Shown here: piece by piece, positions 11,725-23,456 of the stretch
Layout: the number at the start of each line of letters is the position of its first letter
Position numbering within the stretch: position 1 is the first letter of the stretch
Assembly (NCBI RefSeq): GCF_018350175.1
Contig: NC_058368.1
Coordinates: 96,102,001 to 96,166,000 of the forward strand
Origin: Felis catus
Taxonomy: Eukaryota
Length of the DNA stretch: 64,000 nucleotides
Reading direction: 5' to 3'
Translations under genes and position numbers: made by a program
The notes under the pieces: generated by a model
The model's input: only the letters and a program-made list of their open reading frames with translations
What the model was told of the DNA's origin: nothing
Database searches by the model: none

Positions 11725-12074
11725 TGTAATTATGTGAGGTGATGAAAGTATTTACTAACCCTGTAACCATAATCATTTCGCAGTATATGCATGTATGATA
11801 TCATCATGTTGTATACCTTAAACTTACATAGTGTCATGTATCAATTGTACCTCATGAAAGCTGGCAAAGGAAAAAAAGCACAATGTATCAATCAGAAGTT
11901 GTACTAAATTTTCAATCACATTCAGATAAATTGCTACAGAGACGAAATTTGAGTGCAAAACATAAACGATGTTTCTTCTGTTTCCTGGTCTAACAAAGCT
12001 CTTTTTGTTGTTGTTGCTGTTTCAACAATTGGCTAGACACTGTCTTAGAAACACCTTTCCAACTGGTTACAGTT

Positions 12075-12740
12075 TTAATTTGCAGATAATATATTTTCCT
12101 TGGACACTAGAAAATGTAAGGGGGCAACTGTAAGTCAACGATAATTGCAAGATTCAGTAGTGTGGTCAAATAAAATTACAGTCAATAATATTTCTGTATA
12201 ATAACAGTGATCACTTGTAAAAATGAAAAAGTGGTCCAATTTATAATAGAAAAATGATCTCTTTTTTACAATGTATACATGTATAGCATTATAGTTTAAT
12301 ATTAATATTAAAGAGACTTCTCATGATCTGCATAAGGAACATAAAAAAGACTGAAAGAAATAATATAAACCTAAATAGATACAGATATCTAATATATTTC
12401 TGTTTGGAAGAAAGACTTAAATATATTTTTTAAAATTTTTTAATGTTTATTTTTGAGAGAGAGAGAGAGACACAGTGTGAGCAGGAGAGGGACAGAGACA
12501 GGGAAGGAGACACAGAATTGGAAGCAGGCTCCAGACTCCCAGCTGTCAGTACAGAGCCTGATGCAGGGCTCAAACTCAGGAACCATGAGATCATGATCTG
12601 AGCCAGTTGGACACTTAACCAACTGAGCCACCCAGGTACCCCAAAACTTAAATATTTTTAAGTGAATAATTATTCCTATTTTAAGTTAGGAATTCTGTGT
12701 CTCTCAAAATAAAATCCCCCAAATATTCTCAAATATTGGC
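12075..12740 (+). mobile_element. Ancient L1ME-like ORF2 (RT region) fragment, interrupted by a SINE
   Basis: tttgcagataatatattttccttggacactagaaaat resembles FADDMIVYLEN; A-rich L1-like continuation. Confidence 0.55.
12425..12642 (-). mobile_element. Can-SINE
   Basis: Head ctgagccacccaggtacccc; TSD core acttaaatat on both sides. Confidence 0.95.
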
Positions 12741-13718
12741 AGCATTTTTTTTTCCTGAGATTCTCATTTGTATAGAGTGTAAGGAGAAGGAGGAAGGGAG
12801 AAATTCTAAGTCTGCTTTCCAATTGCAAGCTTTAAAATAAGAATGCAAAAGTAAATCTTTGTACTTGATGGCTTGTATTGACTGCAAAAAATATTTTTGT
12901 TCCTTGTGTTACACGGAAAGTTTTCACATCTGACACACCTAGAAAAATATTTTTTGTGTGTGGCAATCTGAAGATAGTTGACAAGGCTTGTTATGTCAAA
13001 AAAAAAAAAAAACAAAACAAAACTTACGAGCTCCCCCAAGTTCTAAAGGAAAGGGTCAATGTCTTGGCAGGCTGGTGACCTACATCCTACTTTCCAGGGT
13101 GTCCTATTACACACCAGGTGAAAATCTCTGGTTAATACCCTGGACTACTCTTGCTTTTCTTAGGAAAATGACAGTATCTGAGGGAATAGGTGTATCATGG
13201 GCAATTAATGTGGACAACACAAAAAAGAACTATTGCAGTTACAGCTTATATTCTGCCTGGATCATCCTGGCCATCATTTTCTCCCCTGGGGAAAAACTAG
13301 ATAAAATAGAATCAAGAGAGGGGGAAGAACTCAAAAGGTCTGAATCATCTGTGTCATTCCCATGACATTAAAAAATAAATACATAAAATTATTTAATATA
13401 CCAATGTTATTCTCTCTCTAGCAGTAAAATCCTTCTGTGCTAGATCTTTGAGGCAAAATGGTACCCATCACATACACTACATGTTAATAAATAATTATAA
13501 CAATAAAAGAAGGAAAGAAGAAAAAAGAGAAAGGAAGAAACCTAGGAGAAGGTAGGTACAAAAAAGAAATGTGAAAGACCAAACAAAGGAAAGGAAAATG
13601 CAGTATTTTACACGTGTTTGTCTTAACAAGTACATTACACACCTATGTTAAGACCCATCAGCGGGAAAGCATGAATCCTCTTCATTTCCGCAGAACCGAC
13701 GCTGCCACTCAGGTTCCC

Positions 13719-14834
13719 TGACCTGTATTGATTAAGAAGCCAATCTTTTTTAGTTAATTTTACATGTGAACCTAATTTTAACAAGTTATTTTGTAAATTC
13801 AATATGGAGTGCAGTGTATTTTTAAATCCTCTTTATTTACGGATCTCTTATTTAGCAGACTCTTGCTAGTCACGTGAGAGCAACACAGTAAGTTCCTCTT
13901 AAAAAGAAGGAGCAGAGAAAACAGCAGGGGGGTGGGGGTGGGGGTGAGGGGCTGGGGAAGGGTGATTTTGTACTCATTTGTCCTAAGAGCTGTCTCTTTT
14001 GTGAAATGTAAGCCTACCGGCATGACTGAACTATAGACTCCGAAATAGGTAAGTTCACAGTAGTTTGCAACCTGCTGTAGGTTATTGGTGAAGCAGCTAC
14101 GTTCAATACTTTTTCCAGTCAATAGATACATTATGGATGAGTTCTCACATTTTCTAGTGAAGTTGTCCCTGTCATTTTGTATCAATTCTCTGTTACTTAG
14201 TTCCTGCCGTGAATCCATATTAGCCAGTATCATTTTGATTTAAAAAGAGCTGATAGATAGAACACCAAAGGTTCTCACATATAAAAAGAAGGAAGGCAAC
14301 TTTGTCCTTGACTGATAATGATTTTTTTTTCTTGTTTTGGTAAGAAAAAATAGGGGGAACCTGAATATATTATATAACTGTAGGTAAGCTTTTGTTTTTT
14401 TCTCTTTGCTTTCTTTTCCTGAGTTACAACATTTAGGATGGAGAAAATTCATATCATATCTCTGCATATAGAAACAATAGACTTTTTGCTTCTTTAAAAA
14501 AATTTTTTTAATGTTTATTTATCTTTGAGAGACAGAGAGGGACAGAGCATGAGCAGGAGAGGGGCAGAGAGAGAGTGAGAGGGAGACACAGAAGCTGAAG
14601 CAGGTTCCAGGCTCTGAGCTGTCAGCACAGAGCCCGATGTGGGGCTCGATCTCACAACCCCGGGATCATGACCTGAACTGAGGTCAAGAGTGGTACACTC
14701 AACTGAATGAGTCACTGGGACTCCTTGACCTGTATTTATTAGGAATTAAACCTTTCTTAGTTAATTTTATATGTGAATCTAACTTTAAGAAGTTATATTA
14801 TAAATTCAACATGGAGTTCAGCATATATTTAGAT
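13719..14834. repeat. Dispersed direct repeat: 109-bp copies at 13719-13827 and 14726-14834
   Basis: Ungapped manual alignment with 19 mismatches in 109 bp (~83%), offset 1007 bp. Confidence 0.9.
14493..14725 (-). mobile_element. Can-SINE (older, no clear TSD)
   Basis: aatgtttatttatctttgagagacagag...gctctgagctgtcagcacagagcccgatgtggggctcg, with a decayed head gagtcactgggactcc. Confidence 0.93.
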
Positions 14835-14981
14835 AAAATATTTTCCTTGGATGTCACAGATAATATCTTACATAAGCTATCAAAAACTGAATCTGCCTCA
14901 ACAATAGTAGATAGACATATTTTTGTCTTGTATAGATTTACCATAATTTAAAATAATGTGCACTTTTTATCACTATTTAAA

Positions 14982-15192
14982 TTTTTTTTCAACGTTTATT
15001 TATTTTTGGGACAGAGAGAGACAGAGCATGAACAGGGGAGGGGCAGAGAGAGAGGGAGACACAGAATCAGAAACAGGCTCCAGGTTCTGAGCCCTCAGCC
15101 CAGAGCCTGACTCGGGGCTCAAACTCACGGACCGCGAGATCGTGACCTAGCTGAAGTCGGACGCTTAACCGACTGTGCCACCCAGGCGCCCC
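14982..15192 (-). mobile_element. Young Can-SINE (SINEC_Fc-type, CpG-rich)
   Basis: cacggaccgcgagatcgtgacc...gtgccacccaggcgcccc; TSD tttt(t/c)atcactatttaaa at 14964-14981 and 15193-15210. Confidence 0.97.
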
Positions 15193-16469
15193 TTTTCATC
15201 ACTATTTAAACACACTAGTGAGACTACTGAAAAAAAAATCAGTAGCTATTATAACTATTATTTACTGTGAGTATAATTCATCATCAGCAGTGTTTTTTAC
15301 ACTAAATATTTTATCTTCAACCTGGTTATATGAGCAGCACCGACCAAGTGAAAATTACTAGTCAAGATTTACTAGTGGGGAGAACCAAATAGTGCGTTTG
15401 AGGATGTGTGGTGGCAAATATGTAAAAATGTATTTTTACATTGTGATTTTTACATTGATTCATGGATGAAAGAATCTTTATGTTAGTGAGTTTTGTGCTA
15501 ATTCATCTCAAGTGTTGTAATGTATACATCCTTAGTATATAGTCATAGACTGAAGCAGGTGTTTAAAAGGTGAAAATAAAACACATAGATGTGACAGTCA
15601 TTGGGATTGGAAGAAGCTTACTGATATTCAGATATTTGGTATTTGAGTGTGTGGTTAATTTTTCAGTGGGTAAGGCTTAACAATATTTTCCTCTCCCATT
15701 TAGAATCATGATAAAAATCATAGTTATGACCAAAGAGACCTAAATGTCAAGAATTTTAGAAACTTGGGTTTCTGAAGTCTGCAAAATGGCTCACGGTTGA
15801 TTATCTAATATAATATAAAAACACATCCCTAGTTGAAATGTAATCCTCAAAGATGTCTGCCTTTCCTTTGTATGCTAAAAACCCTTTATTTTGTGTGAAA
15901 TTAGGATACATCTGCTCCATCAAATATAGAACTTTTCTACATAATTTGGGATGAGGATGTTGGTGGAATCCCCCTGACATATTAAGGGAATTATACAAAA
16001 AGATACATAGGTGTTGGCCAAATAAGTGGAAATATTGAAAAGTGTCATATAGGCACACACGTCAAGACGAAGCCATAAATTTTGCAAAGGAAGAAATAAG
16101 GTAGTGAGTGTAGTTAGTGGCCATCAACATGGCAATGGGTAATAAGGCACACGTTTGTGCAGCCTTTGTATAAGATGATGGTATCGATCCACCTACAGCA
16201 GGGTATGTACTTGGAGCTGTTTGAGCTGAAAGGGATGATTGATTTGAGCTGATGTGCTTGGACTTCATTAGGAACAACAGCTTGCTGTTGAGCAACAGAC
16301 TTTTCTCTCTAATTGAATCTAACTGGCCTGAACTGACCTGATCCAAAGGACCCACCCCACCCACCCTGATCTGCATGTCTACCCCTGCTCTGGTAGGTAG
16401 CACTGTGAAATGAAGGCTGCTCATACTTTGTTATTTATTTATGTTTCCTTTTTTTTTCCACACTCAGAA

Positions 16470-16570
16470 ATCAAGTTTTTATTTAAATTCCAGTTAGTTC
16501 ACAGCCAGTGTCATACTAGTTTCAGGTGTATACAATATATGATTCACCACTTGCACATGACAATTTTAGA
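16470..16570 (-). mobile_element. Short carnivore L1 3'-end stub
   Basis: aagtttttatttaaattccagttagttcacagccagtgtcatactagtttcaggtgtatacaatatatgattcaccactt. Confidence 0.7.
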
Positions 16571-16814
16571 TTGTATATTCTAACAAAAGTATAGCATCTG
16601 TTGTGGAGAGCCTTTGTTCTTTAAAGGTAAGGGATTCCATCCTACTGGTGGATTCGTACCCATTTAGATGGCTTAGACAGTGGAATTCACTCAGCCTCCT
16701 GCTGCACCCCTCCCCCTGTCTCATATGGACTGACTAAATACATTTCTGCCTCAGGAACAGTGACCCCGGTGTCGAGATACTATCTCCGATCTCCATCTCA
16801 TGGTTTTAATGTGG

Positions 16815-17050
16815 TTATGTAAAGACTCCAGGCCATAGAGTTAGGTTAGACTTGGTTTTGAATCCCACTATCATGATCTGCTATCTTGAGCAAATTTGTG
16901 AAATCCTGTGGGCCTGGGTTTTATCATCAATAAACAAGAATACTAATAAAAAGAGGACAGGTAAAACAAGAATACAAAGATTTCTCTTACAAAGTTGTTG
17001 TGAGAATTAACTGATGATCTGATTCACAGTAAGCACTGGAAAGTTTTAGT
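16815..17050 (+). mobile_element. MIR
   Basis: agacttggttttgaatccc..cttgagcaaattt..gttgttgtgagaattaa..cacagtaagcact. Confidence 0.7.
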
Positions 17051-17559
17051 GCACATGCTCCTTCACACTCTTAATTCAATGTCTCTTTTCCAAATTTGAG
17101 CCCAGAACAGGGTCATTATGGCGGACAATACATAGAGTCGTTGCTACCTCCTGAAGCTTATGTTCTGGTTCCCTTTACCCACTTCTTCCAAATTTCTCTC
17201 CTCTCCTTCTGCATTGATCATCTGTATGAGAGCAAGGAGAAAATTGTTCAGAGGTATCTCTGGCGAGATAGAAGTCAAGGAATTGACAGGAAAAGATGTG
17301 ATAAAACACTTCCTCTGGCTAATGTGGTCTGGGTACTAGCTTATTGGCAGCCACAACTTCATGCCTGAGCTTATTAGTTTCTTAAATGCATTTTTGCACT
17401 TTTGTCAGCATAGAGTAAATAGCATGACCTTTGTGAATTTCACGCCTTGTACAAGTGAAGATAAAATAATTGCAAGAAAAACTAAAAAGCTTGTGAAATA
17501 CTCGTTAGCGTGTGATGCAGGATATACTCTCTCCTTTCTCCTGTAAATGTAGTGATCCC

Positions 17560-17800
17560 GAATAACACTACAAAACAGTTACACATACTTACTGTGTTGC
17601 ACACTGTTTTAGTTGCTTTTACATATCCATGCTCTTAATCCTCACAGCCACCCAATGGGGGTAAAGATTATTAATTTGATATATTGCAGATAAGAAAAAT
17701 GAGGCACGGTGTGGGTGACTTCTCTAAGTCACAGATGTTTGAAGTGACAGGACCAGGATTCGACCACACGTTGCAGCACTTTCAAAGGTCATTTGCTTCT
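17560..17800 (-). mobile_element. MIR
   Basis: taatcctcacagccacccaatg..gcagataagaaaaatgaggcac..aagtcacag..ggaccaggattcga. Confidence 0.75.
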
Positions 17801-17886
17801 TTGGTAGGGTACCTTCAAGAAAAGCAGCAATTCAGTGATGCAATCAGCTAATGCATTCCATACTCTACGGACATACCCACATCTTT

Positions 17887-18103
17887 AAAAAAATTTGTGT
17901 AATGTTTATGTATTTTTGAGAGAGAGAGAAAGAAAGAGAGCAGGGGAGGGGCAGAGAGATAGAGAGACATAATCCCAAGTAGGCTCCACGCTGTCAGCAC
18001 AGAACCCAATATGCGGCTCAAACCCACGAACCATAAGACCATGACCTGAGCCAAAACCAAGAGTCAGATGCTTAACTGACAGAGCCCCCCCCCCAGGCAC
18101 CCC
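17887..18103 (-). mobile_element. Can-SINE
   Basis: Standard body; TSD ca(t/g)acccac(a/g)tcttt at ~17872-17886 and ~18103-18117. Confidence 0.95.
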
Positions 18104-18304
18104 AGACCCACGTCTTTTAAGACAATCTTACTTAGAAGTGAAATTGGATAAGGGTTGTAATTGTTAACTTGAAGTTAGCTTGGGAGATTTGGTGACCCCC
18201 GGCCCATCCTAAACTCTATGTAGTCTCTTTCCAAAAAGTCTTAATTTGGGCTTTTTCTTTTGACTGTGGTTCTCTGTTATTAACTGTTGCCTTCTATTCC
18301 CCAG

Positions 18305-18777
18305 TGTGTTAATTTCCTCTTGCTGCTGAAACAGGCTATCACAAACTTAACAGCTCAAAACACACACGTTTATTATCTTATGGCTCTGAAGGTTGGAAGT
18401 CCAATGTAGATCTGTAAATGGGCTGAAAATAAAAGGGTGGCATGCTGCATTTCTTCCGGAGGCTCTAGGAAAGAATCTATACTCTTGCCTTTTCTAGCTT
18501 CTGAAGGTGGCTGAAATGCCTTGACTCATGGGTTTATCTGTCATTTTCAAAGCCAGCAATGAAGCATATTCCCATTCCTCTCCCTGATTCTGGCCCTCCT
18601 GTCTCCTTCGAATGACTAGTGTGAATGCATCAGGCCACTTGGATAATCCAGGATAATCCTCCCATCTCAAGATCCTTGATTTAATCACATCTCAAAAGCC
18701 TTCTAGCTGTATCAGGTAGCCTCTTCACAGGTTTTGGGGATCAGGAAGTCAACATTTTTGGGAACACAGTTACCAGA
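18305..18777 (-). mobile_element. MaLR solo LTR (MLT1C/D-like)
   Basis: Starts tgtgttaatttcctcttgctgctgaaacaggctatcacaaactta; contains cacttggataatccaggataatcctcccatctcaagatcctt; 5-bp TSD cccag at 18300-18304 and 18778-18782. Confidence 0.88.
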
Positions 18778-19989
18778 CCCAGTGTTCCTGAACTGTTTAA
18801 TTTGATATTTGATTTATGACATGATTGTTCTTCTCTTCAATAAAGTTCATTGGACGCAAAGTGGCCTTCAGTGATTCCAGCAAATACTTTGTCCCCAACC
18901 ACTGTTTCTTCAGATAATCTTGCTGACCGGGATCTCTTTTGTAATTAAGACCCTTCTGGTTGCAAACACCAGGGGTTATATTAAAAAATTCTTTCACTCC
19001 ATGAAAAATGTTCATTACATAGGCCAAATCTATAAAACCTTTATTCGTCTTTTTACCAGTTTTACACAGAAATAAATCTGACACACATTCAACTCATTAC
19101 GTCTGAGGGTTGTAGTTTCTTTAAGTCATGACACACTTGCATGTTAAAGAATTCAATTTGTATTTTTATAAAGCCTAAACTTCTTCAGATTTCCCATGAT
19201 AGGCTTCTTGCAGATGAAGTGGAAGCAAAAGTTGGTCCTTTGAACTGGGAACTCTGTAGAATATTACCGATACCTGATTTAATTCTCAAAACAATGATGT
19301 GACTGATCTCAATTCCAGCTATTTCTGTGGCCCAATTTCCTAACCCCCCTCACTGTTGCCCTGAGTGGCAGCCGCCCGGACTTCTTTGGTTCTTCACGTA
19401 TACCAGTCATGTTCTTTCTGTAGGGCCATTGTATTTGCTGTCCCCCAGAAGTCATAGGACTTCTTCATTTTATTCAGGTCTGCTCAAGTACTGGCTATAC
19501 ATGAAGGATTTTGTGACATTTCTATCATAGAACTCAAAACTCTATGCTCTCCTTGCACTTATTTCTGTAGGACACTTTTTAGTACGGTCGGTGTCTTTTC
19601 TTAAAAATGTCTCCAATCTCCGTATCTTCCGTTAGTATGCCAGCACAGCAGAGATCCTGCAAATTTGGAATGTGGTCCAAAATTCTCTCACCAGTTTCAA
19701 AAGTAACGTATAATGCAAGAAAAGCATCCACGAGGCACTTAACAGGCCGAAGTAACTGAGATGTAACAAGGCTGAGCACCATTTTCAAGGTCACCATCGC
19801 TCTAAATACCCGTCCGTTACCTTATTTCACCACTCTTCCCAAAGTCAACTTTAGTGCCTCAGTCCACTCTAGACAGAGGAGTATCTCCTAAATCAGACAT
19901 AAGCAAAAATACACATAGTTGGTCTAAGAATCTCTCATATACATCTATGTTTTGTTTTGTTTTGTTTTTTTCTGGTATACAAAATACAA

Positions 19990-21592
19990 ATAAGGGCTGC
20001 ATTCCTTGATAGCAATTACATCCACCTTGCTCCTCCCTGTGGAGTGCTGCTCTCTGGCCTCTGCCATGCCAGGATCCCCTTGTCCCCCTTGATGCCAGGG
20101 AGCCTGGTGGTATAGCGGCCGTCTCCTTTGGTCAAAGTCTGAACAGAGAAATAGCCACCACTCCTAAGGGACTTATTTCTTATGGCTTTAGTGGAGGGGG
20201 TGTTTTTTTGGTACGGTCTTCAATGTCACATATTAAAGGCATTGTAATATCCCCATCTCCCTGAGTTTTTTGCAGTTTCCATGAATACTCATCTGAGTTT
20301 TATTAGCTTCTCCTCATTAGCCTGCTGGCTTTAGATGAAGCCAGTAACTACGTTTCAGTTGCCCTATGGAGAGAACATGTGTCCAGAAACAGAGAGCAGC
20401 TGCTGGCCAACAGCCCACAAAAAACTGAGGCCCTCAGTCCCCTGGACTTTAAGGAAGTGAATTTTGCCAATAACGATACAGACTGGGAAGTGGAACTTTC
20501 CCCAGTCCAGCCTTGAGATGAAACTACAGCCCACGTCAATAACTGATTGCAGTCTTCTGAGACCTGCAGCAGAGGAAGTAGCTAAGCCATGCCCATACCT
20601 TTGACTCATGGAAACAGGGATAATGAAAGTGAGGTCTTAGAAGCTGTTAAGTTTGTGGCAATTCTTACCCAGAGCTAGTTAACTAGTTAATGTGGCTAAG
20701 GGCAGTTACACAGCCCTTGTCAGAACATGATATCCTCTGTCCTGAACAGTGTTCCTATGTCAGTGACTTTTCCCCAATCCAGAGTTACAGCCCATACGTC
20801 CCTCAGTCCAACATCTTCTGAATCTACTCTGCTTGTTTGTTTCTGCCAGTTACACACAAGTCAAGGCTTAGAGTTCTTCACAAATGGATGCTGTTTCCTC
20901 CAGAACAGAAAATACATCCCATGCTTGAGTTGGTCTCTAGTTATTGGTCTGCACGCAGGGAGGAAATGGAGGGAAAGTGTTGAAGAGCACAAGTTTAATT
21001 TCACATGGCCCCTTCCTCGGGGGGGGGGGGGTCTTCATGGTATCTAGATAACGGGTGGCTGCTTGTTTATAAATGACCACTGCTGGCCCAGTGTGTACAG
21101 GGGATTCAGGGGTCGGGGCTTAAGACTATCAAGTTCATCTTGAAGCAAATACTAAGGTCCCACTATGTTCTTGTTCACTAAAATCTCCTATTTTGCCTCA
21201 TTTGAGTTTCTCCTACCCATACAGTGTCGTCCTGAGGCTTTCTTGATGTTCCTATGCTTTGGGTTCATCATTGCTTGACTTAAGCCTATTGTTTTATTTT
21301 CTTAAGGCTTCCAAAGCATGAAAGGGGGTAATTCTGCAATTCTTACAGTTACTCTTGATTCCGTAATGTCCAAGTGCCACAGATGCCACAGAGGCTGATG
21401 CTTCACTCAGAGATGTATGTCATCCCAACATACTTCTTAAGGATGCTGAATCCTCAGAATAGCATGGATTGACTACCTAGCTTGCATCAGCAACAAGATT
21501 TCTAGCAATATCTTCCTGGTAAATAATCCAGTTCCAGAATGTTTTTCTGTGTGTTTGTTTTCTAACTTACTTGATACTTCCCTGGTACCACA
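19990..21592 (-). pseudogene. Decayed ERV-L (class III endogenous retrovirus) leader and gag
   Basis: Manual minus-strand translations resemble ERV-L Gag in the expected order: VTLDWGKVTDIGTLFR (20741-20788), KLREMGILQCL*YV (20227-20268), TPSTKAIRNK (~20172-20201), GSLASRGTRGSWHGRGQRAALHREEQGGCNCYQG (20003-20104). TGGTACCA PBS-like site at 21583-21590. Confidence 0.8.
20300..20690 (+). mobile_element. MaLR LTR (MLT1F-like) inserted into the ERV-L gag
   Basis: gccctatggagag..ggccaacagcc..aactgaggccctcagtcc..ccccagtccagccttgagatga..agctaagccatgccca..taagtttgtggcaatt. Confidence 0.85.
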
Positions 21593-22028
21593 CATCTTAG
21601 CCTGAGTTCCCTCTGGTAAGCTGAACTGGTGAAAAAGGGCTTCCATGAAGCAATTTATTTTGGCCAGTGATCCCAGAGAATGGAGGTCTGCAGAGACTAA
21701 AATAGGGGACAGGAGGTCTCCTGCAGAGACAGGAGGTCGCAGAGTTAGTCACTGCTGTAGGAAGCTGGGATTTGTTTCCTGTGGGACTTGCTATGAAGTT
21801 GTTGAATATGTATCTCAGAATCATTCACCTGAAGAATACGAGACATATGGATTCTTCTGCTGGCACCCATCAGCAGTCAGGAGAGTGTAGACCCAGAGAG
21901 TATTGTCTTTCCAACCTTTCTGAATTGCTCCTGAAACGTTTGAAGGAAGTGTGCCAATAGATGTTTCCCATCACCAAGGGAGAAACCTGCTGATAAAGGA
22001 AGTAAGAGAGGCCCAGATGCTGGAGACA
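21593..22028 (-). mobile_element. ERV-L LTR (LTR33-like), the 5' LTR of the gag remnant
   Basis: tcttagcctgagttccctctgg..aagcaatttattttggccagtgatcccag resembles the reversed LTR33 3' end with AATAAA-like signal and directly abuts the PBS-like site. Confidence 0.7.
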
Positions 22029-22479
22029 GGATTACCCTTCTTGGGTCAAAGTGTTTAGGCCCCAGACCTTTGTGGACATGGTTCTCTTGCCATCTGTTTA
22101 TTGTGTATCACTGTTGACAAAGAGGAGTGTAGCCTCAGGTTTCTGCCTTCCGCATAACTCATTCTAGCATCTAGGTAATGTAAGAAGTCTGTCTTTATCT
22201 TTGCATTTTAAATGTCATTCATTTTCCCAGAACACAGTGGGCCATATCTCATTTGCAATATCTATTCTTCCTTTATTTTAATTTTTTAAAAATAAATTTG
22301 AATCGTTTGGGTTGTTTTGATGTGTTCTCTCCTCTAGCAAACACATCACCATGAAATTAAATTATTTTCTGTCTGCCTTATTTATTATCTACTCTCAAAT
22401 TGTTTTAATCTTGTATGATCATCTGCATTCACAGTAATTATATCAAGGTTTTCCTCTGTGTCACTTTATGGTTTATAAC

Positions 22480-22700
22480 CATGCCCATTTTCTAATTGGA
22501 TTATTTGTTTTACTGTTGAGTTTTGAAAGTTCTTTATATATTCCACTAGATAATTGGCCTTTGTCAGACATGTGCCTTACAAACATTTTGTTCTGGTCTT
22601 TAGCTTTTCTTTTTGTGCAGGGGCTTTTGCAGAGCAAAAGATGTTTCATGAGATCCAGTTTATCATGTTTTTTTTTTTTTTCTATGAACCATTTTATGTT
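22480..22700 (-). mobile_element. Old L1 ORF2 fragment
   Basis: gcccattttctaattggattatttgttttactgttgagttttgaaagttctttatatatt..cctttgtcagacatgtg. Confidence 0.75.
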
Positions 22701-23213
22701 TATTTTCAGCTATAGGATTTAAATAAACCGATAAGCTTACAGATGGGTTAGTCAAATGGAAGAAGTTGGCTGTACAGGAGAGGAGATTTCAGATAGAAGA
22801 TTTCTGGGGAGGGAGGTGAGTTCAGATCCAAAACATGATTAGAGGGATCAACCACTGGCAGGTGAAATAAAACCGTAGAGAAATCAATATTAGGGAAGGT
22901 GCATACTTACAAGCTGCAGAAGTAGACAAGTTGGAGAATTGTAATCCTATGGCCGTTATTTTCTTCGAACGAAAAAGCTTTCCTCTTGGCCTGGGAAAGA
23001 TAAGAGTTGGTAGTTTCAGATAAAATACAGGCTTGAAGTAAATGAAAGATAAGAGCTCTGAGAAGGGTACTTGGGAAGCACAGAAGCTCCCCATGGAGCT
23101 TAGGCTAGAGTTCTCAAAATCTTTCACCAGCCAACTTGTTTTATTAGGCTACTTGAGGAAATTAAAATAAATAATTTAAATGCCTTGTGCTCATCAAAAC
23201 TACCTGGACCCTA

Positions 23214-23331
23214 GAGGAGCCTGGGTGGTTAGTCGGTTAAGCGTCCGACTTCGGCTCAGGTCATGCTCTTGTGGTCCATGGGTTTGAGCCTCGCATCGGG
23301 CTCACTGCTGACAGCCTGGAGCCTGCTTCGG

Positions 23332-23384
<53 letters not shown>

Positions 23385-23456
23385 TCTTCTGTCTCTCATG
23401 CTCTGTGTGTGTGTCTCTCTCAAAAATAAATAAACATTTAAAAAAATGAAATAAAA
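23214..23456 (+). mobile_element. Can-SINE with expanded (CT)n
   Basis: gaggagcctgggtggttagtcggttaagcgtccgacttcggctcaggtcatg; imperfect TSD aaaactacctgg / aaaactgcttgg. Confidence 0.95.

Larger units (their letters stand above)
10921..11880 (+). mobile_element. Old L1 (L1MA9/L1MB-like) 3' end with a 5' inversion: 10921-11650 inverted, 11651-11880 forward
   Basis: Forward part tagatcttaaatgttct..(AC)n..gtgaggtgatg..ccttaaacttaca..aaagctgg plus A tail. The inverted part carries the upstream 3' UTR and ORF2 end. Confidence 0.8.

Noticed and set aside
13799..14233. 144-aa minus-strand ORF in unique DNA
   Set aside because: No recognisable domain; its Pro/Thr stretch comes from the G-tract. Length is compatible with chance.
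13719..14834. The duplicated segments as mutually exclusive coding exons on the minus strand (SHVKLTKKDWLLNQY / SHIKLTKKGLIPNKY, followed by cag|gtca)
   Set aside because: The acceptors lack polypyrimidine tracts, the putative donor overlaps a SINE junction, substitutions are not concentrated at third positions, and copy 2 has an upstream in-frame stop.
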